Shown here: one piece after another, positions 1 to 12,350 of the stretch
Position numbering within the stretch: the first letter of the stretch is position 1
How the letters are laid out: each line of letters starts with the position of its first letter
Assembly (NCBI GenBank): GCA_013265495.1
Contig: MU058844.1
Location: 6,695,260-6,759,259 of the forward strand
Direction: 5' to 3'
Source of the DNA: Vicugna vicugna
Lineage: Eukaryota
Length of the DNA: 64,000 nucleotides
Program-made: the position numbers and the translations under genes
The notes under the pieces: model-generated
The model's input: the letters and a program-made list of their open reading frames with translations, nothing else
Told to the model about the DNA's origin: nothing
Databases searched by the model: none

Positions 1-950
1 ACTTGAAAAAAATAGACACAAAGGCCAATACCAGGACTTAAGCCTAGGATGTTACTTCAAGACCAAAAAAAAAGGGGGGGGTGCATCCAGGCAAAAACAA
101 GACAGAACAAAACAAAGAAAATTACTTGTAGGAAAAAATCTAATAGTCAACAAAATTTTTGTAACACTATTATGTAGTCAGACATGTTTATGAGTCTCAA
201 GGAAAGAATACATGCCACAGATTTTAAATTCACCGAAACTGACACTGAAGTAGTGACCACAGATAAACACTCAGAACCATGCAAGAAATTAGGAGCTATA
301 GTTACCATGATCCCTTTTTGAAGAATCTTCTAGAGAACTAGCTTTAGACAACCAAACAGTCGACAGAAACATGAGTACAAGAACTGGTGGGTGAGCAGTA
401 AATATTTACCTTTAGATAAATACTAAGGAATATAGACTAGTATGTACTGGCTACATGCTCCTGACAGTGTTAACATCATTTGACTAAAAAGGGTGAATTT
501 TATTTCAGGTAAATAATACTTCAAGTATTGACTTAAAAAAACAACACTTAAGTCTAATTAATCATTAGGTCTAAGTACTAAATCACAGGAAATAGAAGGA
601 TCTGATGCACTTGTGAAGCAACACTGTGTGTATGCAATCAGAAAAATCCAGACTGTGGGAAATTACAGTGCGGAGTTCTCAGCTGATTGGATAAAAAATT
701 GGAAGAAATGATAAAGAGATGTAGGAGGAACTTAGAGATGAAAAATGGACTTGAGAAACACATCAATCAATTGCAACGTGTGGACCTTCTTTCAATTAAA
801 AAAAAAAGACTAAAAAGAAAGGATATTTCAGATAATATAAACACCAATTGGATTGTATGATATTAATTAATTATGGCTAAATAAAAAAAAAAGAAATTTT
901 AATGTATTGCAAATATTGTGTTCATGGAGTGGAAAGTCATCAGTTGGAGG
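1..950 (+). mobile_element. Old L1 3'-end remnants (L1MC-like), intronic
   Basis: Motifs gggtgaattttatttcaggtaaataatacttcaa, atgcaatcagaaaaatccagactgtggga and tcaattgcaacgtgtggacctt resemble L1MC 3' UTR. Similar to 13400-14610 and 60240-61020. Confidence 0.55.
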
Positions 951-1214
951 AGACTTTCCAGTAATTGACTTAAGAGGACTTTCCCCAAATGAAAATTACA
1001 GTAAACTGGTTCCATTTTACTTTATAAATCTTCTCAATTTATAAATCATTTTCCAATATGACTTTCGGATTCAGTATAAAATATCATAAAGTATCATGGT
1101 TAACACTCTGTCAAACCATTGATATGATGCACATTTTTGAAGGATGTGTAATTTAGCATATTTTAATATAACTATACTGACTCTGGAATAATTAAATTCT
1201 ACCTTTCTGTTTAG

Positions 1215-1377
1215 GTTTATGGAAGACCTAAAAGATATGCTGGGCTTTGCTCCCAACAGATATTACTACTATATGTGGAAATACATTTCTCCTCTAATGC
1301 TATTATCGCTGCTAATTGCTAGCGTCGTGAATATGGGATTAAGTCCTCCTGGCTATAACGCATGGATTGAAGATAAG
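1215..1377 (+). CDS. SLC6A15: SLC6A15 penultimate coding exon (TM11 region), 163 nt
   Basis: Acceptor ctttctgtttAG (AG 1213-1214) and donor AAG|GTaaag (GT 1378-1379). Translates (K)[54 protein letters not shown], recognised as B0AT2/SLC6A15. The phase-0 end joins the next exon in frame. Confidence 0.97.
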
Positions 1378-2501
1378 GTAAAGTACAAAATAAGGAAGTT
1401 AGATTAAAAAATATACAAAATGTCATTTTAGAGGTTTTTGTCTTTTACTTTTGTCACAGTATAGTTTGCTGTTTAATGAATGCTATTGCTTTTATACAAG
1501 GATCTTGAGATTTACATCTTCTTTGGCCTCAAATATGTATTTTTTAATATATTGTGGATTTTTTTTAGTACATGAGAAACACTGACTTGTTCCTCATTAA
1601 GGTAGCTTTATTTATGTCACCATAGATAAACCAATAATTACTGGTCCTTTGACTCTAAAAAACATACTGACCAAACCACCAGAAATATTTTTTCCTATAT
1701 AAATTACTAAATCGTATCTGAGAGATTCTATAACAATGAAAATACGCATTGGCCATGTAGACATAATTTAAGTAAATTTTAAAGTAAAGTTTTGTTATAA
1801 CTGTTTCATATGAGCCATGACTATTTCCATTCTTGTTCTCAAGCTGCATCAGCTGCATAGGAATGCAATCATAATATATATTAGCTGTTATAAAATCAGA
1901 ATGATTATTTTTCAGAGTTACCATTGACCTTTATTCTATGGTCAATAATTCTATATGATAGCACTTAAACCTATGACTATTCTACTTAAATAAGTGTATT
2001 ATCCCTTACTAAAACCCTTGGGGCCAGATGTAGTTTAAAATTTAAATTTCAGATTTAGAAAAGATACTGTGGCACATGTAACAGGTATCTATTGCTTAAA
2101 AACAAATGACCCCCAAACTTAATGACTGAAAGCAATGCTGGTTTATTATTTCTGAGGGTTTCTGTGGATGAGCTAAACAATTCTTCTCTGTGACTTGCCT
2201 GAGCTCACTCCTTCAGTTGATTAAACTTGGAGAGCAGCACTCTTTCTATGTGAGCTTTCATTCTTGGCTTCTTCCAGGCATTATGGATTCAGGGCAGCAT
2301 TTTGAGACACAGAGCAGAAATTGCAGGGCCTTTAAGACCTAGCACGGGGAGTTCCTTGCTGTCACCTCCACAGTAATGTATTAGTCAAAGTCACAAGACT
2401 AGCCCAGATTCTTTGCTTACAAACCTGAGACAAATATGGTATTTTTTTGTGGACCTGTGGCAAAAGATCGATTACCAACAGTTATTTTTTGGCTTTAACA
2501 G
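1378..2501 (+). other. SLC6A15: Last intron of SLC6A15 (1124 nt, GT-AG)
   Basis: Lies between two in-frame exons, with canonical GT and AG ends. Confidence 0.95.
2085..2415 (-). mobile_element. MaLR LTR fragment (MLT1, old subfamily) in the last intron
   Basis: ctattgct...aacaaatgacccccaaacttaatgactgaaagcaa and tattagtcaaagtcacaagactagcccagattc are typical of antisense MLT1. Confidence 0.65.
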
Positions 2502-2873
2502 GCATCTGAGGAATTTCTGAGCTATCCAACCTGGGGAATGGTTGTCTGCATCTCTCTGATGGTCCTGGCAATACTTCCCGTCCCCGTGGTCTTCATCATC
2601 CGTCGCTGCAACCTTATAGATGATAGTTCTGGTAATTTAGCATCTGTGACTTATAAGAGAGGAAGGGTCCTGAAGGATCCTGTAAACTTGGAGGGAGATG
2701 ATGCAAGCCTCATTCATGGAAAGATATCAAGTGAGATGTCCTCTCCAAATTTTGGTAAAAATATTTATCGCAAACAGAGTGGATCTCCAACTCTGGATAC
2801 TGCTCCCAATGGACGTTATGGAATAGGGTACTTGATGGCAGACATGCCAGATATGCCAGAATCTGATTTGTAG
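2502..2873 (+). CDS. SLC6A15: SLC6A15 terminal coding exon (TM12 and cytoplasmic C-tail)
   Basis: Acceptor ttttttggctttaacAG (ends 2501). Reads [35 protein letters not shown]...[23 protein letters not shown], then TAG (2871-2873), matching the SLC6A15 C-terminus. Confidence 0.97.
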   Translation, partial: ASEEFLSYPTWGMVVCISLMVLAILPVPVVFIIRRCNLIDDSSGNLASVTYKRGRVLKDPVNLEGDDASLIHGKISSEMSSPNFGKNIYRKQSGSPTLDTAPNGRYGIGYLMADMPDMPESDL

Positions 2874-3870
2874 CCGGGGGCAAGAATCTGTAGGTTTTAT
2901 TTGGTTCATTTTATCAATGAACATTGGCTCTACTGAGAGAAGCGTTAGACTTCACTTACCAGAGGGCGATCTCAGGTGTTCCATGGCTGTGATCTTTGAT
3001 CCCAGCAGTGTGTGTAAATTCAACTGGAGCATCCCTTTGGATTCTTTGGTTTACATTTGTGCAGAGTGAGTTACAGACGTAGCGTGCAATGACTGAGGTC
3101 CATGTCGGTCAGAATTTTTTAAAATACTTTGGGTGTTTTTTCAAGTATTTCTATCTCTAAAAATCACAGGTGTTACCTCAGTTTCTAATAATTTCTGGAT
3201 GTCATGGTATGGAGCAATTCGAAAATGTTTTGCTTCAAAATGTATAAGTTTGCCTTCAGGGTAACCCCCAAGATTACAGTGAACAATTCTGTAAGTTGGT
3301 GCCTCTCAGCACGTTTCCATGAATATACCGTGTAGATAGGCTGTACTTATTTTGGTAGCGTCAATACCTTCTTAGGCAATTAGTTGAAGAAAACTGCAAA
3401 ATATTTTCTTATGTAATAGCTATATAGAGCAATAGTATCAAAGAATAAGAAGGCACTAATGCTGGGATGAAAGGTGAGATTCAGAGGTGACTGGGGATCA
3501 TGTGTGTGATGGTTGTGTATTTTGTGTAAAATATGTGTGTGAAAATGATCTAAGACTGAGTCACTCAGCCCTCTCAAGAATGATGCAGATTCTGCATTCT
3601 TCTATGCCGTGTGCCTAAAAACCTACTTAATATTTATTGTGGTTTCAAAATTACTCCTAGTATATTTATATAATATACTTGCAATGTACATAGATGTATA
3701 TTAGTACTCTGAGTACTAATTTGAAAACTTGAAGCAAGATGGCATTTTATTTCATATCTTTCTGTTTTGCTTCTGTTTTATGCAAATATAAATCCTTTTT
3801 TTAAGTGATTGTTAAAAATCGTATGGCATTACATTTTAAGCTGCAAATAAACAGTTATAAAATGATGTTT
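2874..3870 (+). other. SLC6A15: SLC6A15 3' UTR (to the proximal poly(A) site; longer isoforms possible)
   Basis: Repeat-free, U-rich sequence after the stop codon, ending at AATAAA 3846-3851. Confidence 0.7.
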
Positions 3871-3899
3871 GTTTTCTGCCTTGATTTTTTGTGTGTGTG
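3846..3899 (+). terminator. Cleavage/polyadenylation signal: AATAAA plus downstream GU/U-rich element
   Basis: AATAAA at 3846-3851 followed by gatgtttgttttctgccttgatttttttgtgtgtgtg (3864-3899). Confidence 0.7.
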
Positions 3900-4479
3900 C
3901 CACCTGAGTTGGATTATCTTGCACTTCCATCAGCACTTAGGTATTTCATAATAATTAGTCATCAAATTCCAAGTAGGATTAATAGACCGATTAATGGAGT
4001 TACCTCTACTTTGGAGGCAAAGGAAAAAGAGAGTACTATGGTTAGGTGGTGTTCTACCGTAGTCTCACAATTCTTAAACAAATACTTATAGCTTCCCAGA
4101 AAACCGCAAGTACAGTTGACTGCTTGCTGGGTCAATATTGTCTCTGAAGTGTGAAAAATTATGATGATTTCTGTGAAACTGTTGTGTATATGAAGTTGGA
4201 GGAAGCAGGACTCCACTGAGTGCCATCTAGTTAAAAAGGCTTTTATTTATAACTGTCCTACCACTATAGTAGTCACTTTAAAATAATGATGGATAAAGCA
4301 GCAAAATAGGAGAGGTAGTACACACACCTATTGATTTATTTTGGCCAAATATTCTTCATCTGCTGGGGACATATGTTAACAGACTGCATCAGAGCATTTA
4401 AAATATAATTCCACTGGTGATGAAAACTTTCAGGGTTTTTTTTGTTTTGTTTTGTTTTTTGCATAGTCACTAATATATT

Positions 4480-4790
4480 TTGTATCACTTTAAAGTTAAA
4501 AATATTTCGGAGATAGACAATATATGCACACTATGCAAACTCAAAAATCATCAAAACTCAGTGTAAATTAAAGTTTTCTGTCAAAATTTCTCCCAGCCAC
4601 CCATTTCCCATCCGTGAAGGCAAACACCATTACTGGTTTCTCATGTATCTTTAAGGAGGTGCTCCATGTATACACATCACATGATGACAGCATTCAGTAT
4701 TCTCTCTTCTGAATCTTACTTATTTCAAGGAATAATTTATTTTGGACAGTATTTCATATGATGGCACATAAATCAGCCTCTTTATTTCAG
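4480..4790 (-). mobile_element. L1ME-like 3' fragment
   Basis: ggcaaacaccattactggtttctcatgtatcttt...tattctctcttctgaatcttacttatttc resembles antisense L1ME. Confidence 0.5.
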
Positions 4791-6587
4791 AAGTTGAGGT
4801 CATTTACATTTTATTTATTTTTGTGTTGAAGTAGTATTTTCTTTTGTAAGCTACCCCAGTGTTAGTAAGTTTGTAGCAAATACTTACTTTACCTGCCAGC
4901 CTTTAGCTGATCATGATACTACACTGCTAAATAGCATCCCTCTCTACTCCCTCTCTTGTCATGAGGGCTGTTAATCTACAGTTTGAAGATCTGCTTTCCA
5001 CTAGGGGATAGGTCTCCGCCCTTGTATTCACAGAGTAATTCCAATGCAGGAATCATGAGATGGAAGAGAATTTCAAACAGCTTCTAATGCCCCCATGTGG
5101 CAGATGAGGAAACGAGGGCCATGGAAATTAAAGTGAAACGAACAAGGTCTCTCCTTTCTGCTTTTTTCATTCAGACAGTTCTTCAGCTGTTCATTCATTT
5201 ATTTACCCTTTCTTTTAGGATCTACTCACCAAGAATCTGCTTATTCTCAGTATTAAGACCAGCACCATATTGTAATTAGGATGTAAACTAGTCATTTTCC
5301 CCCATTTTCTCTTCTTTGTCTGGGAGACTCGTTACTTGTTTTTTCCCAGACAGTAAAATATTTAATCAATACATGGTAGTAGGAAGTATCCTTTTCTGGA
5401 CTCCAAAATTTGAGGCTATTTGCTGCTATTTCTGTAAACTCTGGCCTGAATCTGCACCTAGATATGACATAGCCAAAGATCGTCTATCTTCCAGTGGGAA
5501 GCAGTCTGGGGAGATGACAGGGGGACTCAGTGTTAGAGTGGAATGCAAGGAGAAGGGAGAAAACATACCACTCCTCTGAGGTGTTAGAGTCGTAATGAGG
5601 AAGCTAGTATCTTGATGAAACAACGTCTTAGGGTGTAATTTTATGAAAGTATATTTGCATTTCCATGTGTTTGTGTTTATGTGCGTTATTTAAGGCAGAA
5701 GGTTTTTTTTTTTTTTAGTGAATGTTCAAATGGGTATATGATTCCAGAATGTCTAAGATCAAGACATAGGTGCTTCTTAACTGTAATTATTCTTTTGAGT
5801 CACTTGTGACCTTTTAAAAGATATATTTCTAACTTACTGAATCTGAATACTTTTGGGATTGGTTGCAGGATGTGAGTATGTTTTAAAAACTTATTCTAAT
5901 ATGCATTCTTGTTAGGAACCATGGATATTAAGAAGATGAAGAGAAAAAGAAAATATGAATTCTAGTCATCTTCAATCAATAAAACAAAGGTGCAATAATG
6001 GTGGTAACTGGGAAGAAACATAGTTTGGGTAGATAAAAGTTGGAATTCAAAAATTTTAAAATTCTTTGAAAGGTAAAATATCCTTCTCCTTTTAAGTTTT
6101 TTCCTGGTAGCTGTGTTTTCTGAACACTCCCCAAAGACATTCATATCTATGTCAATTGAATATGAATAAAATCAATACCAATTACAGCAATTACATAGAT
6201 TTTTCCATACATTTGTTATAGTTTTTTTGAGACAAAGTTCTCACAAAAAGGGAAAAATGATAAAACTCTAGAAAACTACTGAAAATTCAAACACGTCCCA
6301 TAAAGTATTCATTACTGAGCATAGCATATTTTTACCTTCATAACTTAGGACTGATATAAAATGTTTCATATATTATTTTGCCTCAAATGACTGACTCCAA
6401 AATTGGCTGATCTTTCGGTTATCCTAATATATATTCCCATCTAAAACATTGCCTTAAGAATGCCTATTATGTGGAGGTAAAAAGAGAAAAGGGATTGGGA
6501 CGTTATCTCGTCCTAAATTCTTTGGATTCTGCTATAACTTTAACACATCACAGTCCTTCCCAGCACCACCATCAAAACACACACATA

Positions 6588-6591
6588 CACC

Positions 6592-6623
<32 letters not shown>

Positions 6624-6626
6624 CAA
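6588..6626 (+). repeat. Compound microsatellite (CAC)6(CAA)7
   Basis: Counted directly. Confidence 0.95.
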
Positions 6627-8538
6627 GAAAAAACACCTGATTTATATGAACAGCAAAAGAAACACGCCCTGTGGTGTCAATGAAATACTCCATTTGGTGC
6701 CACATGAGTAAAAGAAACCATGCCTTATAAATTAATGATGATATCCCAGCTGCTCTTCCTTTTCTGTTTATTGCCTTTTCAGAGGATGTTTAGTTGCACA
6801 AGAAGGAAAATGACGGGTTCTTTAGAAGAGATTGACGTTTATATTTCTGAGAATACAATTTTCCCAGGAACAAGCCATTAAAAGAATTGCAACAGTATGT
6901 CATTTCACTGTTCTTTAAAGAAATGCTTATAAAAAGCAAAAAAGCAGAACACAATACCCTAGTGCACCCCAGTCTGAAAAAATTGAGTAAATTTTAAAAA
7001 TTTCAAGCATATTAGCAATGTGGCATTGGTTTGATCTGCCATCATTGGCATTTACCCACATTATTGACGAGGTCAACAGAATTCATGGATGCAGATGCCT
7101 GGCTTACATTCACTCCCCCAGAACACTGTCTCTTTTGTCAGGAATATGCCTTTCCCCACCTTCATTTTAAAGCTTCGCTCTAATTTGAATAAATATTGAA
7201 AGGACTAGTATGGGATCATTTGAGGTCAGTTATATCAATATCTGTCAGGATCCAACAAAGAAGATCTCTTCTCTGAGCAAGAGGGGATCTGGATGGACGA
7301 ATGTCTCTGCTAAGCAAATCAAACAGAAGTTTATTCACTATATGCTTTCTGAATACACTTTTGTGTAGAATCATTTCTATCTGGCTCTTCTGTAAACAAT
7401 CCCATGAGATTTAATCATCCCAATCCTTTTTTCTGAGTTACTGTATGAAGTAATGAAATGTCGATATAGACAATCTAACAACCAACGCACCAGGCCTTCT
7501 AGATAGGAAAATTTATTCCCCACTTCTTTAGCCAAGTGAGGTTGCTGGTAAGCTGTGTCTAGGACGTAGATTCAGAGAATAAATCTCATTATTTACATAG
7601 TATACATTTTATTATCATGATATGAAATGTATTATCTATTTTATTTTTACTTTTCAACTCATACTCATAACTTATCTCCGTTAAACAGACAGCACTTTCT
7701 CATCCAAAACTCTGTCACTTTTCTTTTTTTGCCACCTTTCCCTAAGATATTTACAGTCAAACAAATCCCAAGCCCAACAAGTAGAGGAAGCTACCTTCCT
7801 GTTGAATTTTACAGATGAATTTCAACAGCAAAACAACACACACGTTTGTCATCACTTTGAGGTGTTCTTTTAGAATATCTTTCTGTGTTCTTTCAAAAAT
7901 GCAGCAGTTCATATCCTAAAGTTGAATTTTTCAAAGTCTTTAATTTTTTTACACTTCCAACGTTTTCAAATAGGGCTTTTAAAGCTGGTTCTCTATTTTC
8001 AGGCAGATGAGTGAGCATCACACTTCTAGGAGCGAGCATCAGCAATGTCACCTTTTTTAGTATTCTCATTACAAAGGTAAACTTTATAATGCAGATAGTG
8101 ATGACAAGCACTATTTCAGAGATTTTGCCTTGATTTTGTCAGCATTAGATGAAAAAGTTCTATATATTTCACACGGAGTTTGCTTCATATGCTTTCAAAA
8201 GTTGTATACGATTAAGCCATATGCATTTCTTTATTATGATCAAATAATTTCAGGTCATGTCTCAAGGCCATAAAGGATATTTTGGGGATAGAGAGAAAAT
8301 ATTTTTGTCATTAGAATGACCTTATTTATAAATGAAAATAATGATGGTAATTATTTGACAATAGCCTGAATAAAATTCTAAATCTGTCTTTATATCATTG
8401 TCCTAGTCATCTGAGGGGAAAGTAATTCATATGTGAATGAGTCTTTGTCTTTCAATAGAAAAAAATTATTGCCTGTGTAATATCATTAAAGAAAGGCAAA
8501 ACAGTCAGTTCTGGTCTGTTCAGAAAAAACAGGGAGAT

Positions 8539-8678
8539 ACTTCCGGCAGAAGAGCCTCCTGGTGCGCACTAGACAGAGCAGCGGGCTGTGGGACGCTGCG
8601 TCTCTCTCCCACACTGAGACATCCTTCACTGGCCAGCCAGGCACGGCAGCCGCACCTGCTCTAATTGATTAACCCTCG
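8539..8678. promoter_or_regulatory. Candidate CpG-retaining regulatory element
   Basis: 8 CpG in 135 bp. ETS site ACTTCCGG 8539-8546, TGCGCA 8563-8568, E-box CACCTG 8653-8658 and TAATTGATTAA 8662-8672. Confidence 0.35.
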
Positions 8679-9499
8679 TGGCTGACCTGGAGCCTTGTAC
8701 AGCCCAGGTTTCAGATTTTCCAGCTGGTTTCACACAGTGGAAATACTAGGAGATGTCACCTTAGAATGCAGCCCTCAAAGCAGCCCTATCTCAAAAAGCA
8801 CGAAAGATCTAATTGGGAGAGGATTATTGCTTAGCATAACCTACGGAAATTTTAGAACGGGAGCTCCCGCACATTACTGGTATGTTTTAAGGCAATAAGG
8901 ATTTGAGAATCTAGAGACTCGGCTATTGAAAATTAGAGTCCAAACTTCTGATGCAGGGAAATGTAATCACTTCAGTTAAGAGCTCCAATATTGAGGTCCG
9001 GGCGGCTAGGCTACAGAGAACTCACCTGCTGTATCCTTACTCTTTACTAATACCACTCAGGCTGAGTGTTCCTAGGTCTTACCTGGGTAGCCCAAAGCTT
9101 CATGCCAACCATTTCCCTTGTCTCTTTCCCCTCTCGTTGCCCATTTTGGGCCGCAGTGTTCCACTCTTTTCTCTCCTCTTCTCCTTAATACATATCCATT
9201 AGTCAAGGGATAAATGACTAATAAGAGTTTTGACTTTAGCTCCACTCTCTGCAGCAGCTACCATTTGATAGAGAGTGTTGTGGTCTTAAATCAGTTCCAC
9301 CTTTAATCCACAGAGCCCTACTGTGTGGATAGGGTCTCTGCTCTTTTCTACCCTCCTTTTTATTCAACTAAAGCAACTTCGTTTTCTTCTGTTCTTAGGT
9401 TTGGCAATATTGCATAAAAAATGAATTCTAAGTTTACAAGAAGCTATATGCAAATGTTCTCACTTTATATATAAAAGAAGACTTTGGTCCTAAAGTTGG

Positions 9500-9690
9500 A
9501 TTTACTCTTTTTTTCATATGAGCTCTGCCACTTAATACTGTGTAACCCTAAATAATTTATCAAGCTAATCTGAGCCTCAGTTTCCTTACCTGGGAAGTGT
9601 GATTAATAACATATAGAGTTCTTATGAGAATTAAAGAAGATAGAAGAGAAAATGCTCAGCACGGTTACTGGCGCATATTAAGTGGTCATT
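9500..9690 (+). mobile_element. MIR SINE
   Basis: Core gctctgccacttaatactgtgtaacc...ctgagcctcagtttcctt...gagaattaaagaagat. Confidence 0.8.
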
Positions 9691-10747
9691 ATATTCAAGC
9701 ATTTTCCAAAAGCTAAAAATGATTCTTTACAAGCTTGAGGCTTTCCAGAATTTGTAAAAATCAAACCACATATAAGTACTTCCTATTTTTCTTATGTGTA
9801 AGACTAGCCTTGAGATGCCAACACAAATTAAGCCTCTTGATTTAGAAACAGCCAAGACATTATACACTTCTGTTCTATTCCAAATATATTTCCTAAGCCC
9901 ACATCACATGCAAATTACAGCCAAATTAGAGAAGCCAAATACCTTATGAGAGCCAACCAATGAATGAAGAGCTGAAGGAAGATGCCGCAGCTCAAAAGTC
10001 AAGAGTCAGGGACCCAGGGAAGAAATGGAAACCAAGAAACAAAGGAGAGAATGAGGCCTGAGGGACCAGAACTTTGCTGTGAATAGGGATACCCCAAATC
10101 TCCTTCATATGGGGGTAGCAGTGGTTTGTGGTTTTAGTTTAGAGGAACCAGATCAGCATAGACCCTCCTTGCCCTCTATAAGCATAGATAGTAGGTACAT
10201 ACATGGAAAGCGAAGTGGACAGTGTATGGTGATAAACTCAGATCCTTCAAGTTAAACAAATCTGAGTATCTAGAGAGCAGGAGGGAATGTTGAAAATTGG
10301 GCTGCATGTCTATAAATTTATTCAAAATGATTGTTAAAAAATTAAGAAACACATGTGCTAACAAAATAACACATGTCTAAGGGCAAGATTCTAACAGGCT
10401 GCCAGTTTACAACCAAATCCACTATAGTATCTCATTTGTTTTTACTATTATCATGACATCCATATAAAATCTTGGGAATCACCTGGCTAGGGAGTATTTC
10501 TTTATGCATTATTATCTTGACAGGCACATGAGAAGACACTAGACTTAACTTTTGAAGGTTTTTGGGTGACAATTGAATTTACCTAAAAACATACCTGTGT
10601 AGAAAATTCAGGGAGAGGAAAATACGTAAACATGTCTTGCAAAATATCACGATGGCCTTTTCTCCTAAGTCAACTGCCTGTCACTTGGTGAATTCTGTAG
10701 TGCCCCTGGTGTGATGGTCTAAGGGCAGAACTAGGACGGATGGGACA

Positions 10748-11183
10748 TCACTTTTCTAGACTGCCTTAACAAAAGCTCACAGACTGAGTGGCTTAAAACA
10801 ACAGAAATCTATTCTCTCATAGTTCTGAAATCTAGAAGTCTGAACTCAAGCCATGCTCTCTCTGAAGGTTTTAGAGGAGAGTCTGTTCTATGACTTTTTC
10901 TTCATTCTGGTGGTGGACAATCCATGGTGTTTCCTGACTCAAAGATGCCTCACTCCAATTTCTGCCTTCATCATCACATGGTGTTCTCTCTGCACGGGCC
11001 TGTGTTTCTTCTCTCTTTACAAGGACAGCAGTCTTACTGGGTTAGGGTCCACCCTGATCTAGTATGACTTCATCTTAACTTAATCTGATCTGCAAAAACC
11101 CTATTTCCAAATGAAGTCATGTTCATAGGTACCAGGGGTCAGGACTTCCACATCCTTTTGGAGAACACAATTCAGCCCACAAC
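10748..11183 (-). mobile_element. MaLR solo LTR (MLT1C-like)
   Basis: gtggcttaaaacaacagaaatctattctctcatagttctg...ccctatttccaaatgaagtca...acacaattcagcccacaac. Confidence 0.85.
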
Positions 11184-11329
11184 GTAGGAGGCTGAAGCCA
11201 TGTTCATTTATGTTCAACTTCCCTGGTGAAATATAAATCTAATGCTGCTAAGAATAATAACAATATAGATTGTACTGTTTTCCTCCATTTCTAGAGAAAT
11301 AAAGCAGGTAAGTGGAGCATTTAAAAGTA

Positions 11330-11830
11330 TAATTCTGCTCTGATTATTCTCTTTAAAATCTTTCTAAGGCTCTATGTTTCCTTCAGGGTCAAGTTCAAAG
11401 TGCTTAAGATGGCAGACCTGATTCTTCACAGTAAGTCTCCGCCTTACCTCTGACTCACCTTTTTCCTAGCACATTCTACACCCCAGTCACAGGCAGTTGC
11501 CATATTTATACTTCCTTGGATGTTCTAAATTCCTTCTAAACTGCTTCTGTCTACATACTGTTCTGTGTGTCTCCATTCCTCCCCATTTTCCCATTTATCT
11601 TTGCCTGGAATCAACGCATCTTTCAGTCCTCAGTTTAGAAGGTATTGTCCTTCGTGGAGCTGTTTGCCCTGATGATGTGCTCTGTTACCCTTGGAAGAGC
11701 ATCATCACAATACATTCAAATTCTGTTTTCCACTTTCGCTTATGCACTCCCAAAGGTTAGATGTTTTGTTTTATTCAGAATTGTATTTTCAGGACTTACA
11801 CAGTGCTTGGCACGGAATAGACATGCCGCT
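11330..11830 (+). mobile_element. L2 3' fragment
   Basis: Ends ttgtattttcaggacttacacagtgcttggcacggaatag, which is like the L2 3' end. Confidence 0.6.
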
Positions 11831-12139
11831 TTTTCTTCTTAACCTCCTCCACCCCTCCTTCTCCTTCTCTTCCTTTTCTTTCTTTTTTTTTTATTAAAGG
11901 AAGGAGGACTAGGCAAAAAGGAGATGTGGAAGGAGGAAAAAGCACTAGAGGAGAATAAACAAGGCCATATCTGAACCCTCACACTCTTATTAAAATAGGG
12001 TCAAACTAGTCTACCCATTCCATTTGCTAAAACTCATTATAAAATGATCCAACTAGCAACAAGCTGACAATTTCTGGGTTTCTTTCAGGGATCACGGATC
12101 AATGTATCAGATCTTTTTGTAAATTATCTTGATCATAGA

Positions 12140-12350
12140 AACCAGTAAGTTTTGGAGTTAAAAACAGGGAACCAGTTTGCCTGTGTTCATATATCAGGTC
12201 TGTTTCTTAGTATCCAAGTGACTAAGTAATTCACATACTTCTCTATGCCTCCTTTTCCTCACCTGTAAATTAGAGATGGTAACAGTACCTAACCCATAAA
12301 GTTGATGTGAAAATACTGCGAGTTAATATATGTAGACTGCTCTGTACCTA
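12140..12350 (+). mobile_element. MIR SINE
   Basis: tctctatgcctccttttcctcacctgtaaattagagatggtaacagtacct. Confidence 0.7.

Noticed and set aside
2479..2501. Alternative acceptor CAG 20 nt upstream of the last exon
   Set aside because: No pyrimidine tract before it, and its use would shift the frame.
6471..6683. ORF with poly-His/poly-Gln
   Set aside because: It is simply the (CAC)6(CAA)7 microsatellite, with a GTG start and no splice or homology support.
9311..9340. Short hairpin cagagcccta...tagggtctctg
   Set aside because: A 10-bp bulged stem, within chance expectation.
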